Part shown: positions 8,080 to 16,205 of the stretch, piece after piece
Layout of the letters: each line of letters opens with the position of its first letter
How positions within the stretch are numbered: the first letter of the stretch is position 1
The notes under the pieces: generated by a model
What the model was told of the DNA's origin: nothing
Seen by the model: only the letters and a program-made list of their open reading frames with translations
Databases searched by the model: none
Position numbers and translations under genes: made by a program
Origin: Vulcanisaeta distributa DSM 14429
GTDB lineage: Archaea; Thermoproteota; Thermoprotei; Thermoproteales; Thermocladiaceae
Assembly: GCF_000148385.1 (NCBI RefSeq)
Contig: NC_014537.1
Location: 180,001 to 212,000, forward strand
Direction: 5' to 3'
Length of the DNA stretch: 32,000 bases

Positions 8080-8481
8080 ATGGGGGGAATTGAGGATAAG
8101 GTAGAGAAGTGCCTGCAAGGTCTCTGCGGTGAGTTCATTATCAGGAGGGTTAATTGCAAGGACCTGGGCGACATTGACCATGGGGTCTACATAGTGATTT
8201 CTGGAAGTGATTACGTAATTGGCTACTCAAGGGATTTGAAACGTAGGTTGAGGATGTACTGCCTAGGTCAACTTGACTTAAGGGGTGTGATCAGGCTATT
8301 AATGGGCAGGCTGGACAACCTGCCGCCGGGCATGTTGGGCAAGGGCGACGTGATTGGTCGGCGTAGCAACCTCTCGAAGTTAATCAATGATATGATGAGT
8401 AATGCCCAGGTATTGACGGTTAAGTGCGCTTCCATGGTTGATAAGGAGCTTTACATAAAGCTTAGGGACTGCCTCAAGTGA
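8080..8481 (+). CDS. Small GIY-YIG-like nuclease-domain candidate
   Basis: 133 codons. 'GVYIVISGSDYVIGYSRDLKRRLRMY' resembles the UvrC-type GIY...YIG...R core ('GVY...VIYVGKAKDLKKRLSSY' as I recall it). ATTATAA at 8043-8049 suggests its own promoter. Confidence 0.4.
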   Translation: MGGIEDKVEKCLQGLCGEFIIRRVNCKDLGDIDHGVYIVISGSDYVIGYSRDLKRRLRMYCLGQLDLRGVIRLLMGRLDNLPPGMLGKGDVIGRRSNLSKLINDMMSNAQVLTVKCASMVDKELYIKLRDCLK

Positions 8482-8492
8482 GTGTTGGGGAC

Positions 8493-8912
8493 CTACGGCC
8501 CCCTCACCTCGCATGGTAATCTCCAAAGCGCCTTTACGTAATCCTCACCGAACTCCTCATCAGGCGCCCCAGCGCCTAGGTAAGGCTGCTTACCGCATAG
8601 CATGCCGATCACCGAGGCGAGGAACCTCCAACCACTCCACCAATAATCATGTGGGTCCGGGTCCGTTATCATGCCGGAATCCTCAATTAACATGTCCAGC
8701 GCATCATTAACAATGTTAATTCTGTCATCACTAACACCGAGCTTTCTCAATAACTCATCAACAACCTCCTTATACCTACTGAGTGGTTCCTCAAAGACCT
8801 TCCTAAGCTCATCCTCACTGAGACTTGAGGTCTCATACTCACTAAACAACCCATCAATCTTCTCCTCAAGCTTAGAAATCTTCTCGCACAAGTCCTTAAC
8901 CTCAGACGGCAT
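8493..8912 (-). CDS. Hypothetical acidic, helical protein
   Basis: 139-codon ORF with an ATG start. An AT-rich TATA-like tract (8934-8948) lies about 25-35 nt upstream on the minus strand. No family recognised. Confidence 0.5.
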   Translation of the reverse strand: MPSEVKDLCEKISKLEEKIDGLFSEYETSSLSEDELRKVFEEPLSRYKEVVDELLRKLGVSDDRINIVNDALDMLIEDSGMITDPDPHDYWWSGWRFLASVIGMLCGKQPYLGAGAPDEEFGEDYVKALWRLPCEVRGP

Positions 8913-9182
8913 AGATAAACCCAGACTAGAAGCTATATAAATTTATTTATCTAATCAACCCTCCTCCTTAAGTAATGATGTAGCCGCCACTCAATGACTA
9001 ATAAGGCAAGAAATGATGAATGCCTAATATATAGAGCTCACTCTCCCTCTCAAGATAATATGCCATGGCTGTCGATTTAATGCGAGCTCCTCGGCTTCGT
9101 TGATTGCCATGCTTATTAGCTTATTTATTGTGTGGTTGAGGTCGTAGTTGTTGATTAACTTAAGCTCATTGAGGGTTTATGT

Positions 9183-9653
9183 CTAAGTGGGTAAGGCATA
9201 TGCTATTTTTGTTAAATCGTTTTGGTCTGTTACCAGTACTGTCCAGTATCCTGGGTTGACTTTATCCAGCAGTATTGTGTCTCCCTGTATCGGTATCTTT
9301 ACTACTCCTGTTGAGTTTCCTATGACTACCTCGTAGCTTAATGGTATGAAGTTTTGTCCATTAATCATTGTTCCAGCATTTTGTTGGTTGAATGAGTTGA
9401 TTTCATTAACTGCTTCACTCAGCACTGTGCTGGATACGTTGTATGTTCCTAAGTCGTGTAAATTGCCTTGTTGATCGTAGTAGAATAGTTCGTACTGCCC
9501 ACTCCCCAAAGGTCTCAAGAATGCGTATGGGGCGTTAACGGTTAGGTAAGCCACCGACGGCTTCGAGGCGAATGGATGCATCAGTAGGATCAAGGCAATG
9601 GCTATAACAACAACGGCAACCACAACACCAACAACCAAAACCTTACCAGGCAC
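9183..9653 (-). CDS. Small membrane-anchored/secreted protein (start re-assigned)
   Basis: The track ORF runs to 9908, but its first 85 codons translate an A/C-rich low-complexity tract and overlap thiC. The in-frame GTG at 9653 gives 'MPGKVLVVGVVVAVVVIAIALILL...', a classic N-terminal signal-anchor, followed by a non-repetitive domain. Confidence 0.5.
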   Translation of the reverse strand: MPGKVLVVGVVVAVVVIAIALILLMHPFASKPSVAYLTVNAPYAFLRPLGSGQYELFYYDQQGNLHDLGTYNVSSTVLSEAVNEINSFNQQNAGTMINGQNFIPLSYEVVIGNSTGVVKIPIQGDTILLDKVNPGYWTVLVTDQNDLTKIAYALPT

Positions 9654-9896
9654 AAAACAACAAACCAAAAAACAAATTAAAACATTACCCCAAAGCCCAG
9701 GCAATGAAAAGGCAACACCCAATAAATAATCACAGTAATTAAAAAGATTGTGAAAAAATTGAGGTTCAGGAAGAAACACAACGCATACACACAAACAACG
9801 AAACAAACATAGAACAAAATTCTCCCAAACCCAGGCGCAACGAAACAATGTTCGATTAATAATTACAACATTAGGGTTGGGCTTAAGGTTAAGGCC

Positions 9897-11141
9897 GTGG
9901 CTAAGCATGAGGGTGTTGAGGAGGTTAAATTGGCCAGGAGAATAGCCAGTGGTAAGGTGATACTCATTAGAAACGTTAAGTTGCCCGATAAGGTTAGCGC
10001 AGTTGGTCTTGGGTTAACCACTAAGGTTAACGTTAACATAGGCACGTCGAGCGAGGTCGTGAACCTGGAAGCGGAGCTTGAGAAGGTTAAGATCGCTAAT
10101 AAGTGGGGCGATACATTGATGGACCTATCAACGGGCGGTGACCTTGACGAGATACGTAGGGCGATAATCAGGGAGTCGAAGTTGCCCGTCGGTACTGTAC
10201 CGACATATCAAGCGTTCATAGACTCATTTAAGAAAAAGGGCGGTGGGGCCTACTTCACCGAGGATGAACTCTTCGATGTCATCGAGAGGCACCTAAGGGA
10301 TGGGGTTGCCTTCATGACGATACACGCGGCCGTGACCAGGGAATTGGCAATTAAGGCCTTGAGGAGTGACAGGGTCATACCGATCGTCTCCAGGGGTGGT
10401 GATATGCTCATTGGGTGGATGCTCCATAACGATGCCGAGAACCCACTCTACGCTAGGTGGGATTACGTGCTCGAGCTCTTCAGGGAGTACGATGCCACCA
10501 TCTCAATAGGCGATGCCCTACGCCCAGGCGCCACGGCGGATAGTCACGACGAGTTTCACGTGGCTGAGTTGATCGAGGCGGCGAGACTGGTGAAGAGGAC
10601 AAGGAAGGCTGGGGTTCAGGTGATGGTTGAGGGGCCTGGGCACGTCCCATTAAATGAAATTATATGGGATGTTAAGTTAATGAAGAAGTTAACCGATGGT
10701 GCGCCGTACTACGTCCTAGGTCCACTACCTACTGACGTGGCTGCCCCATACGACCACATCGCTGGCGCTATTGGCGCGGCGATCGCTGGAGCCGCGGGCG
10801 CGGACTTACTATGTTATATAACGCCCGCTGAGCACCTGGGTTTGCCAACACCGAGGCAGGTTGAGGAGGGTGTGATAGCCTTCAAAATAGCGGCTCACGT
10901 GGCCGACACAATAAAGCTTGGCAGGAGGGCCAGGGCCTGGGATGACGAGGTTAGTAGGTTCAGGGGCAAGCTGATGTGGAGGGAGATGATAAATAGATTG
11001 ATAGATCCGGAAAAGGCCTGGGCCGTGTATACACAGTACGGGGAACCCAAGGTTAGAGGTTGCACAATGTGCGGTGGTTACTGCCCAATGCTCATGGTGA
11101 TGCAACAGATCAAGAAGGTTAAGGGTGAAGTCAATGGGTGA
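9897..11141 (+). CDS. thiC: Phosphomethylpyrimidine synthase ThiC
   Basis: 414 codons. 'GTVPTYQA', 'SRGG', 'DALRPG', 'EGPGHVP', '[17 protein letters not shown]' and the C-terminal radical-SAM-type cluster '[10 protein letters not shown]' are all present. Confidence 0.9.
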   Translation: MAKHEGVEEVKLARRIASGKVILIRNVKLPDKVSAVGLGLTTKVNVNIGTSSEVVNLEAELEKVKIANKWGDTLMDLSTGGDLDEIRRAIIRESKLPVGTVPTYQAFIDSFKKKGGGAYFTEDELFDVIERHLRDGVAFMTIHAAVTRELAIKALRSDRVIPIVSRGGDMLIGWMLHNDAENPLYARWDYVLELFREYDATISIGDALRPGATADSHDEFHVAELIEAARLVKRTRKAGVQVMVEGPGHVPLNEIIWDVKLMKKLTDGAPYYVLGPLPTDVAAPYDHIAGAIGAAIAGAAGADLLCYITPAEHLGLPTPRQVEEGVIAFKIAAHVADTIKLGRRARAWDDEVSRFRGKLMWREMINRLIDPEKAWAVYTQYGEPKVRGCTMCGGYCPMLMVMQQIKKVKGEVNG

Positions 11142-11640
11142 GGCTTGGCTCTGGAGCACTTGGGTTAAGGCTGGCAGGTTGAGGAATGCCGACGTCGCCA
11201 TAGTCGCCGCCTGCCTACCCTTCGTAAACCCTAAACTTTACCAAGAGATTACGAGGAATAAGGTAGTATTACTCGCCTGTCCTGAGCGCGAGCACTCGGC
11301 GCTTTACGGTAAGATAGCGAGTATGATTCGATCATCAAGGCCGAGGTCTATAACGGTGGTCTCAATAGATGGGAGCCCACACTGCGCACTGCTTCATGCA
11401 TCGGTCAATGAGGCTGAGTACATACTTGACGAGGACATACCCAGGAGGCACTACGTGGTCGTTGACGGCGAAGAACTTAGGGAAATATCACCAAATGCCG
11501 TGAGGGTTGCCAGGTACTTATCAATTGTTGAGGAGTTGATTAGGAAAAATCCCGAGGCACTCGAGGAGCTGGCTAAGCACAGCCTTGAATATAGAAATAG
11601 CCTTGCCAGGGCTAGTAAGGGCGATGCGCCAAGGGCCTAG
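11125..11640 (+). CDS. Hypothetical Cys-containing protein overlapping the thiC 3' end
   Basis: 171-codon ORF whose start overlaps the thiC stop by 17 nt (alternative ATG at 11134). Contains 'AACLPF', 'LLACPERE' and 'GSPHCALL'. No family recognised. Confidence 0.5.
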   Translation: MKSMGEAWLWSTWVKAGRLRNADVAIVAACLPFVNPKLYQEITRNKVVLLACPEREHSALYGKIASMIRSSRPRSITVVSIDGSPHCALLHASVNEAEYILDEDIPRRHYVVVDGEELREISPNAVRVARYLSIVEELIRKNPEALEELAKHSLEYRNSLARASKGDAPRA

Positions 11641-11717
11641 TGATGTCATAAATCATAAAATATATTTTTATTAAAATGAATGAATAATGATATTATTAGT
11701 TTTCTACCATCACATGC

Positions 11718-12191
11718 CTATTTCACAATGCTCCTTGCGAGTTTCACTATATCCTCCACGTACTCCACATCCTCCCTGACCTGCCTCGGCCTTAGCCTAG
11801 CCTCATGGAATCCCTCCACATGCAGAAACCAGGCGGCCCTCCACCAAAGCCTAATCTCCCTATTATTGAGCCTACTACTTATTGAGTCTACGGCGTCGAA
11901 TAGTAGCGTTGCTGCCCACCTCCCCTGGGCCTCGGCCGTCCTTGCCTCGTCTAGGCCTAGGGCTACTGCCATGGCTTTAATGGCTTCCTCAGCGGCCTTG
12001 TAGAGCTTCTCGCTGGCCTGCACGGGGTCCCTATCAATTAATTCCATGCCATCCCTCAGGAACCTCTCGGCAAGTTCAAGGTGGGCCTTAGACCGCTCAC
12101 TCGGGTCTAGGTTTAATGCCTTTGATATTAGGTCAATTATGTCGATGCCCCTCTTCATGGCTTCATTAATTAGACTCTCAGGTATTGACAC
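11718..12191 (-). CDS. PaREP1-family (HEPN-like helical) protein
   Basis: 157 codons. 'AHLELAERFLRDGMELIDRDPVQASEKLYKAAEEAIKAMA' and 'WWRAAWFLHVEGFHE' match the PaREP1 pattern I recall from Thermoproteales/Sulfolobales. Confidence 0.6.
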   Translation of the reverse strand: MSIPESLINEAMKRGIDIIDLISKALNLDPSERSKAHLELAERFLRDGMELIDRDPVQASEKLYKAAEEAIKAMAVALGLDEARTAEAQGRWAATLLFDAVDSISSRLNNREIRLWWRAAWFLHVEGFHEARLRPRQVREDVEYVEDIVKLARSIVK

Positions 12192-12257
12192 GGGTTGAAA
12201 ATCACCCCACTGAGTATAAAGCTTTCTTGAAGGTGCATTGGTACCTTAATATTGATG

Positions 12258-13334
12258 CTAGACAGGGTAGAGTGGGACTTGGTCCAGCGCTGTTGTCTCG
12301 GGGAAGCCCAGGGCCACGTTCATTGCCTGCACCGCCTGTCCTGATGCGCCCTTCATTAGGTTGTCTATTGCGGCTAGGACCACAAGCCTATTCAGCCTAT
12401 TGTCTATTTCGAAGCCTACGTCAACTAGGTTCGACCCTATCACATACTTAACGTCTGGATACCTCTGAAAACCAGCCCTATCCTTGACGATTCTAATGAA
12501 CGGCTCATTACCGTACATAGCCCTAATGGCCCTCCACACGTCTGGCTCCTGCACGGGCTTTATTAACCACGTATGCGCCGTGGTTAGTATACCCCTGACC
12601 AGGTCCACGGCATGCGGCGTGAATGCTACGCGCACCTGCCTATTGATTAATAGGCTGAGCTCCTGCTCTATCTCCGCCGTGTGCCTGTGGTGAACAACCT
12701 CGTAGGGTCTAATCACGTATGTCCTGAAGGGGTGTAGGTCAAGCCTAGGTGCATGCGCACCGGCGCCTGAGCTCGATATCTTCGCATCAACCACAATCCT
12801 CTCGGTATCCACGAGGCCTGCCTTTACCACAGGTGCTAGGGAGATTATGGCTGCGGTGGCCATGCACCCCGGCACGGCTATTAACTTGGCACCTCTCAAC
12901 TCCTCCCTATGCAACTCGGGAAGCCCGTAAACGGCCCTCTTAAGTAGGTCTGGGTATGGGTGTGGCTTCTCCCAGCCGTACCACTCAACGTAGGCGTTTG
13001 GGTCCTTAAGCCTGAAATCCGCGGATAAGTCAATGACGGTCAACCCAGCCTCATAGAGCTTTGGAACCCACTCAATACTCTGCCCATGGGGTAGCGCCAG
13101 GAATACCACATCAACATCCCTCTTAAGTACATTATCGATTGTGGAGTCACTAAAGGTTAAGCTTGTCCTGCCCCTGAGGTTCGGGTGAACCCTAAACACA
13201 TACTCGCCCTTAAACTCCCTCGAGGTTGCGCAGGCAAGCTCAATACCCGGATGATTAAGTAATAGCCTAAGTAGTTCACCACCAGTGACCCCGCTGGCTC
13301 CAACGACGCACGCCTTATACCTACCACTCACCAT
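12258..13334 (-). CDS. argC: N-acetyl-gamma-glutamyl-phosphate / [LysW]-aminoadipyl-phosphate reductase (ArgC/LysY)
   Basis: 358 codons. N-terminal 'VGASGVTGGELLRLL' Rossmann motif and the active-site 'PGCMATAAI' Cys. Confidence 0.9.
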   Translation of the reverse strand: MVSGRYKACVVGASGVTGGELLRLLLNHPGIELACATSREFKGEYVFRVHPNLRGRTSLTFSDSTIDNVLKRDVDVVFLALPHGQSIEWVPKLYEAGLTVIDLSADFRLKDPNAYVEWYGWEKPHPYPDLLKRAVYGLPELHREELRGAKLIAVPGCMATAAIISLAPVVKAGLVDTERIVVDAKISSSGAGAHAPRLDLHPFRTYVIRPYEVVHHRHTAEIEQELSLLINRQVRVAFTPHAVDLVRGILTTAHTWLIKPVQEPDVWRAIRAMYGNEPFIRIVKDRAGFQRYPDVKYVIGSNLVDVGFEIDNRLNRLVVLAAIDNLMKGASGQAVQAMNVALGFPETTALDQVPLYPV

Positions 13335-13995
13335 TGTACCACCTCACAATCGTACTCATCACCTTATCCGTCAAATCCATTGTTAAATCAACCCTGGGCT
13401 CTATGCCGAGGACCAGGTACTCATTGCCGTAGGCACCTATTACGTACGTGCACAAAAGGCACTTAATATCCCTTGAGATCTTTAGGACCCAGGGCCTTAA
13501 ATCACCGCAGTTAAGGCACTCGTCACCAACGACCTGGGCATTAATGACTCTATCCGGCGCCTTAATAACCATGTTAATCCTAGCCAGTGGATTGGCCATG
13601 TACATCCTATGCTCAGCCACTGATTTGCCGCCTTCCCACGTAGTCACATTACCATCGAGGCCAAGCGACGGCGCTGGCGTCGCCAGGTATGCCCTGCCAA
13701 GGCCCTTAATCACCTTACCAACCACGTTAGGATTCAACGCAATAGTTAAGTCAGGGATTGGGTAACCCAACTCCGAGAGCTCCCTAAATAGGAGCGCCCT
13801 ATTGATTGCTAGTATGTATGTATCGCGTGGGTTTAATGTATCATCGAATAGCCCGGATATTACAAAGGCCTCAAAGACATCGTCGAGGAGTAAGACGGCC
13901 TTGCCATCCCTATGCCTTACCTCATCATCCCTAGTATTTATTATGGCTACCCTGAACCCCCTATTAACTAGTTCACTATGTATTTTCTGTTCCAC
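13321..13995 (-). CDS. Hypothetical protein, possibly a degenerate ATP-grasp-like paralog
   Basis: 224-codon ORF overlapping the argC start by 14 nt, so probably co-transcribed. There is loose collinearity with LysX ('NRALLFRELSELGYPIP', 'INAQVVGDE'), but the GSWG and ARGG motifs are absent. Confidence 0.45.
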   Translation of the reverse strand: MEQKIHSELVNRGFRVAIINTRDDEVRHRDGKAVLLLDDVFEAFVISGLFDDTLNPRDTYILAINRALLFRELSELGYPIPDLTIALNPNVVGKVIKGLGRAYLATPAPSLGLDGNVTTWEGGKSVAEHRMYMANPLARINMVIKAPDRVINAQVVGDECLNCGDLRPWVLKISRDIKCLLCTYVIGAYGNEYLVLGIEPRVDLTMDLTDKVMSTIVRWYNGEW

Positions 13996-14200
13996 TGGGC
14001 CGTATTTACTGAGTACGAGTACGAGGTCTTGATTAACCGTGGTTCCCGCTTCAATGACGACTCACCAGTGCTTACCGTAATAACGAGGCTTTTAAATATT
14101 TTCTTTATTATTTCGGGAGTTATAAGCATGTTATTGTTAATTAGGGAAATATTTATATAGTGTATTTAGGATTGTGGGTTGACAGTATGGAACGGTTTCC

Positions 14201-15019
14201 ATGCTATACGACACAATGAGAGTTGAGGAGAGGTTAATACTAAAGGAGCTTAAGGACCTCGGCGCCAACGTTGCTTTAATAAACATTGATAATATCTCCC
14301 TGAGCCTCAATAATAGTGGTGACTTCGGCATAGTCCTCGTTAGGCCCATGAGCCATTCAAAGGCAGGTTTGGTGGCTCGTATCCTGAATATACATGGTGT
14401 GAGGACCATAAATAAGGGGCTCGCCATTGAGAATTCGTGGAATAAGGCCATTGCAATATCAACGTTGGCTAGGGCAGGCATACCCACGGTACCCACCAGG
14501 CTCATACTCTCAATTAATGCCCAGGGTGATGGCGTTAGTTACCCAGCCATTGTTAAGCCCATCCATGGCTCCTGGGGTAGGCTCGTGAGTTTAGTGGGTA
14601 ATGCGGAGGACCTGGCAATGATAATGAGGCATAAGGCCGTGGGTGATTCCTACTCGAGGATTGCAATGATACAACCATTCATCGGTGATGGAACGGACTA
14701 TAGGGTGTTCGTCATTGGTGATGAGGTGGCTGCGTCAATGGTTAGGAAACCAGGTCCGGGTGATTGGAGGAGTAACGTTGCCAGGGGTGGGATTGCCCAT
14801 GCGGTTAAGCTTAGTGCTGACGCCTATGAAATCGCTATTAAGGCCGTGAAGGCCCTTGACCTTGATTATGCGGGTGTTGACCTGCTATACAGTGAGGAGG
14901 GTGGTTACATGGTTAATGAGGTCAATGCAATACCTGAGTTCAAGGGTCTCATGAGCGTCTCGGGCGTTAATATTGCGCGTAAAATAGCTGAGTATGTGAT
15001 AAATACTGCCAGGAGGTGA
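14201..15019 (+). CDS. RimK-type ATP-grasp ligase, LysX/ArgX family (paralog 1)
   Basis: 272 codons. 'YPAIVKPIHGSWGRLVSLV', 'DYRVFVIGDEV', 'DWRSNVARGG' and 'AGVDLLYSEEGGYMVNEVNAIPEFKG' are present. Confidence 0.85.
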   Translation: MLYDTMRVEERLILKELKDLGANVALINIDNISLSLNNSGDFGIVLVRPMSHSKAGLVARILNIHGVRTINKGLAIENSWNKAIAISTLARAGIPTVPTRLILSINAQGDGVSYPAIVKPIHGSWGRLVSLVGNAEDLAMIMRHKAVGDSYSRIAMIQPFIGDGTDYRVFVIGDEVAASMVRKPGPGDWRSNVARGGIAHAVKLSADAYEIAIKAVKALDLDYAGVDLLYSEEGGYMVNEVNAIPEFKGLMSVSGVNIARKIAEYVINTARR

Positions 15020-15026
15020 TCACTCA

Positions 15027-16205
15027 ATGAGTAATGACCTACTTAGGTTTGAGGATGAATACTTGGCGAGGTACTATAGCAAGAAGCCCATAAACGTCGT
15101 CAGGGGTTACATGCAGTATGTTTGGGACTCAAACAATAATAAATACCTAGACATGCACACGGGCTTTGGCGTTGCATTTCTCGGCCATAGAAATCCAAGG
15201 ATCATAAACGCCATTAAGGACCAACTGGACAGGATAATCACCGTACCACTGACCTTCTATAACGAGGCGAGGGCCGAGTTCATTAGGGAGTTCATGAGGA
15301 TTGTGCCGAGCAGCTTCGGTAAGGTATTCCTACAGAATAGTGGTACTGAGGCCGTGGAGGTTGCCCTTAAGATAGCGAGGAAGATAAGCAAGAAGGCGGA
15401 GTTCCTGGCATTCCTGAACTCATTCCACGGCAGGACAATGGGCTCCCTATCAGTGACTGGCAATGAGAAGTATAGGAAGGCCTTTGAGCCAATGCCGTAT
15501 AAGGTCAGGTTCGCGCCATTTAACGCAGTTGATCAGGTGGATAAATTGGTGACTGAGGATTTGGCGGCGGTCATTGTTGAGCCAATACAGGGTGAGGGCG
15601 GCGTTAACCCGGCAAAGCCCGAGTTCCTAAGGGCCCTTAGGCAGGTGACTAGGGAGAGAAATGTATTACTCATATTTGATGAGGTCCAGACTGGGTTTGG
15701 CAGGACTGGGCGTGTCTGGGCCTTTGAGAATTACGGTGTGGAGCCCGACATATTTACGGCAGGTAAGTCAATAGCCGGTGGGTTGCCAATCGGCGTAGCC
15801 GTTGTTAGGAGGGAGTTCGGTGACGTATTTGAACCTGGGGAGCATGGCAGTACCTTTGCGGGTAATCCGCTTGTCATGGCCGCGGCGAAGGCTGGTGTTG
15901 AGGTTTTGATTAATGATAATGTGCCGGAGAGGGTGAGGGCTGTGGGTGATAGGTTCATGAGGGTACTTGAGGATGAGCTTAATGGCTCAAAGACGGTCTT
16001 GAGGGTTAAGGGTATGGGGTTAATGCTTGGTGTTGAGCTTAGGAAGAGGGCTGATCCATATATTGATAGGTTAATAGGCATGGGGCTATTGACAAGCGTC
16101 GCTGGTGGGACCACCGTGAGGTTACTACCACCTTACTGCATAACCGATGAAGACCTAGACATGGCTGTTAGAGCGCTTAAGAATGCATTGTCTGACTCAT
16201 CATAA
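15027..16205 (+). CDS. argD: Acetylornithine / [LysW]-aminoadipate-semialdehyde aminotransferase (ArgD/LysJ)
   Basis: 392 codons. Class-III aminotransferase motifs 'NSGTEAVEVALKIAR', 'LIFDEVQTGFGRTG' and 'FTAGKSIAGGLP' (PLP Lys). Confidence 0.9.
   Translation: MSNDLLRFEDEYLARYYSKKPINVVRGYMQYVWDSNNNKYLDMHTGFGVAFLGHRNPRIINAIKDQLDRIITVPLTFYNEARAEFIREFMRIVPSSFGKVFLQNSGTEAVEVALKIARKISKKAEFLAFLNSFHGRTMGSLSVTGNEKYRKAFEPMPYKVRFAPFNAVDQVDKLVTEDLAAVIVEPIQGEGGVNPAKPEFLRALRQVTRERNVLLIFDEVQTGFGRTGRVWAFENYGVEPDIFTAGKSIAGGLPIGVAVVRREFGDVFEPGEHGSTFAGNPLVMAAAKAGVEVLINDNVPERVRAVGDRFMRVLEDELNGSKTVLRVKGMGLMLGVELRKRADPYIDRLIGMGLLTSVAGGTTVRLLPPYCITDEDLDMAVRALKNALSDSS

Noticed and set aside
9654-9896. TPP (THI-box) riboswitch upstream of thiC
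   Set aside because: I could not find the conserved CUGAGA or ACCUGAUC-type THI-box elements. The tract is nearly unstructured A/C sequence, and such riboswitches are not expected in Crenarchaeota.
9654-9908. First 85 codons of the 241-aa minus-strand track ORF (9183-9908)
   Set aside because: They translate an A/C-rich low-complexity tract into Cys/Phe/Leu-rich sequence and overlap the thiC start. An in-frame GTG at 9653 gives a textbook signal-anchor N-terminus instead.
11680-12003. 107-aa plus-strand ORF
   Set aside because: It is antisense to the PaREP1-type gene, which has family-specific motifs. The translation is Ser/Leu/Ala-rich.
14187-14202. ATGGAA-cggt-TTCCAT inverted repeat overlapping the start codon of the 14201 ATP-grasp gene
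   Set aside because: The arms are only 6 bp. It could be a regulator site or a small hairpin, but nothing in the sequence alone distinguishes it from chance.
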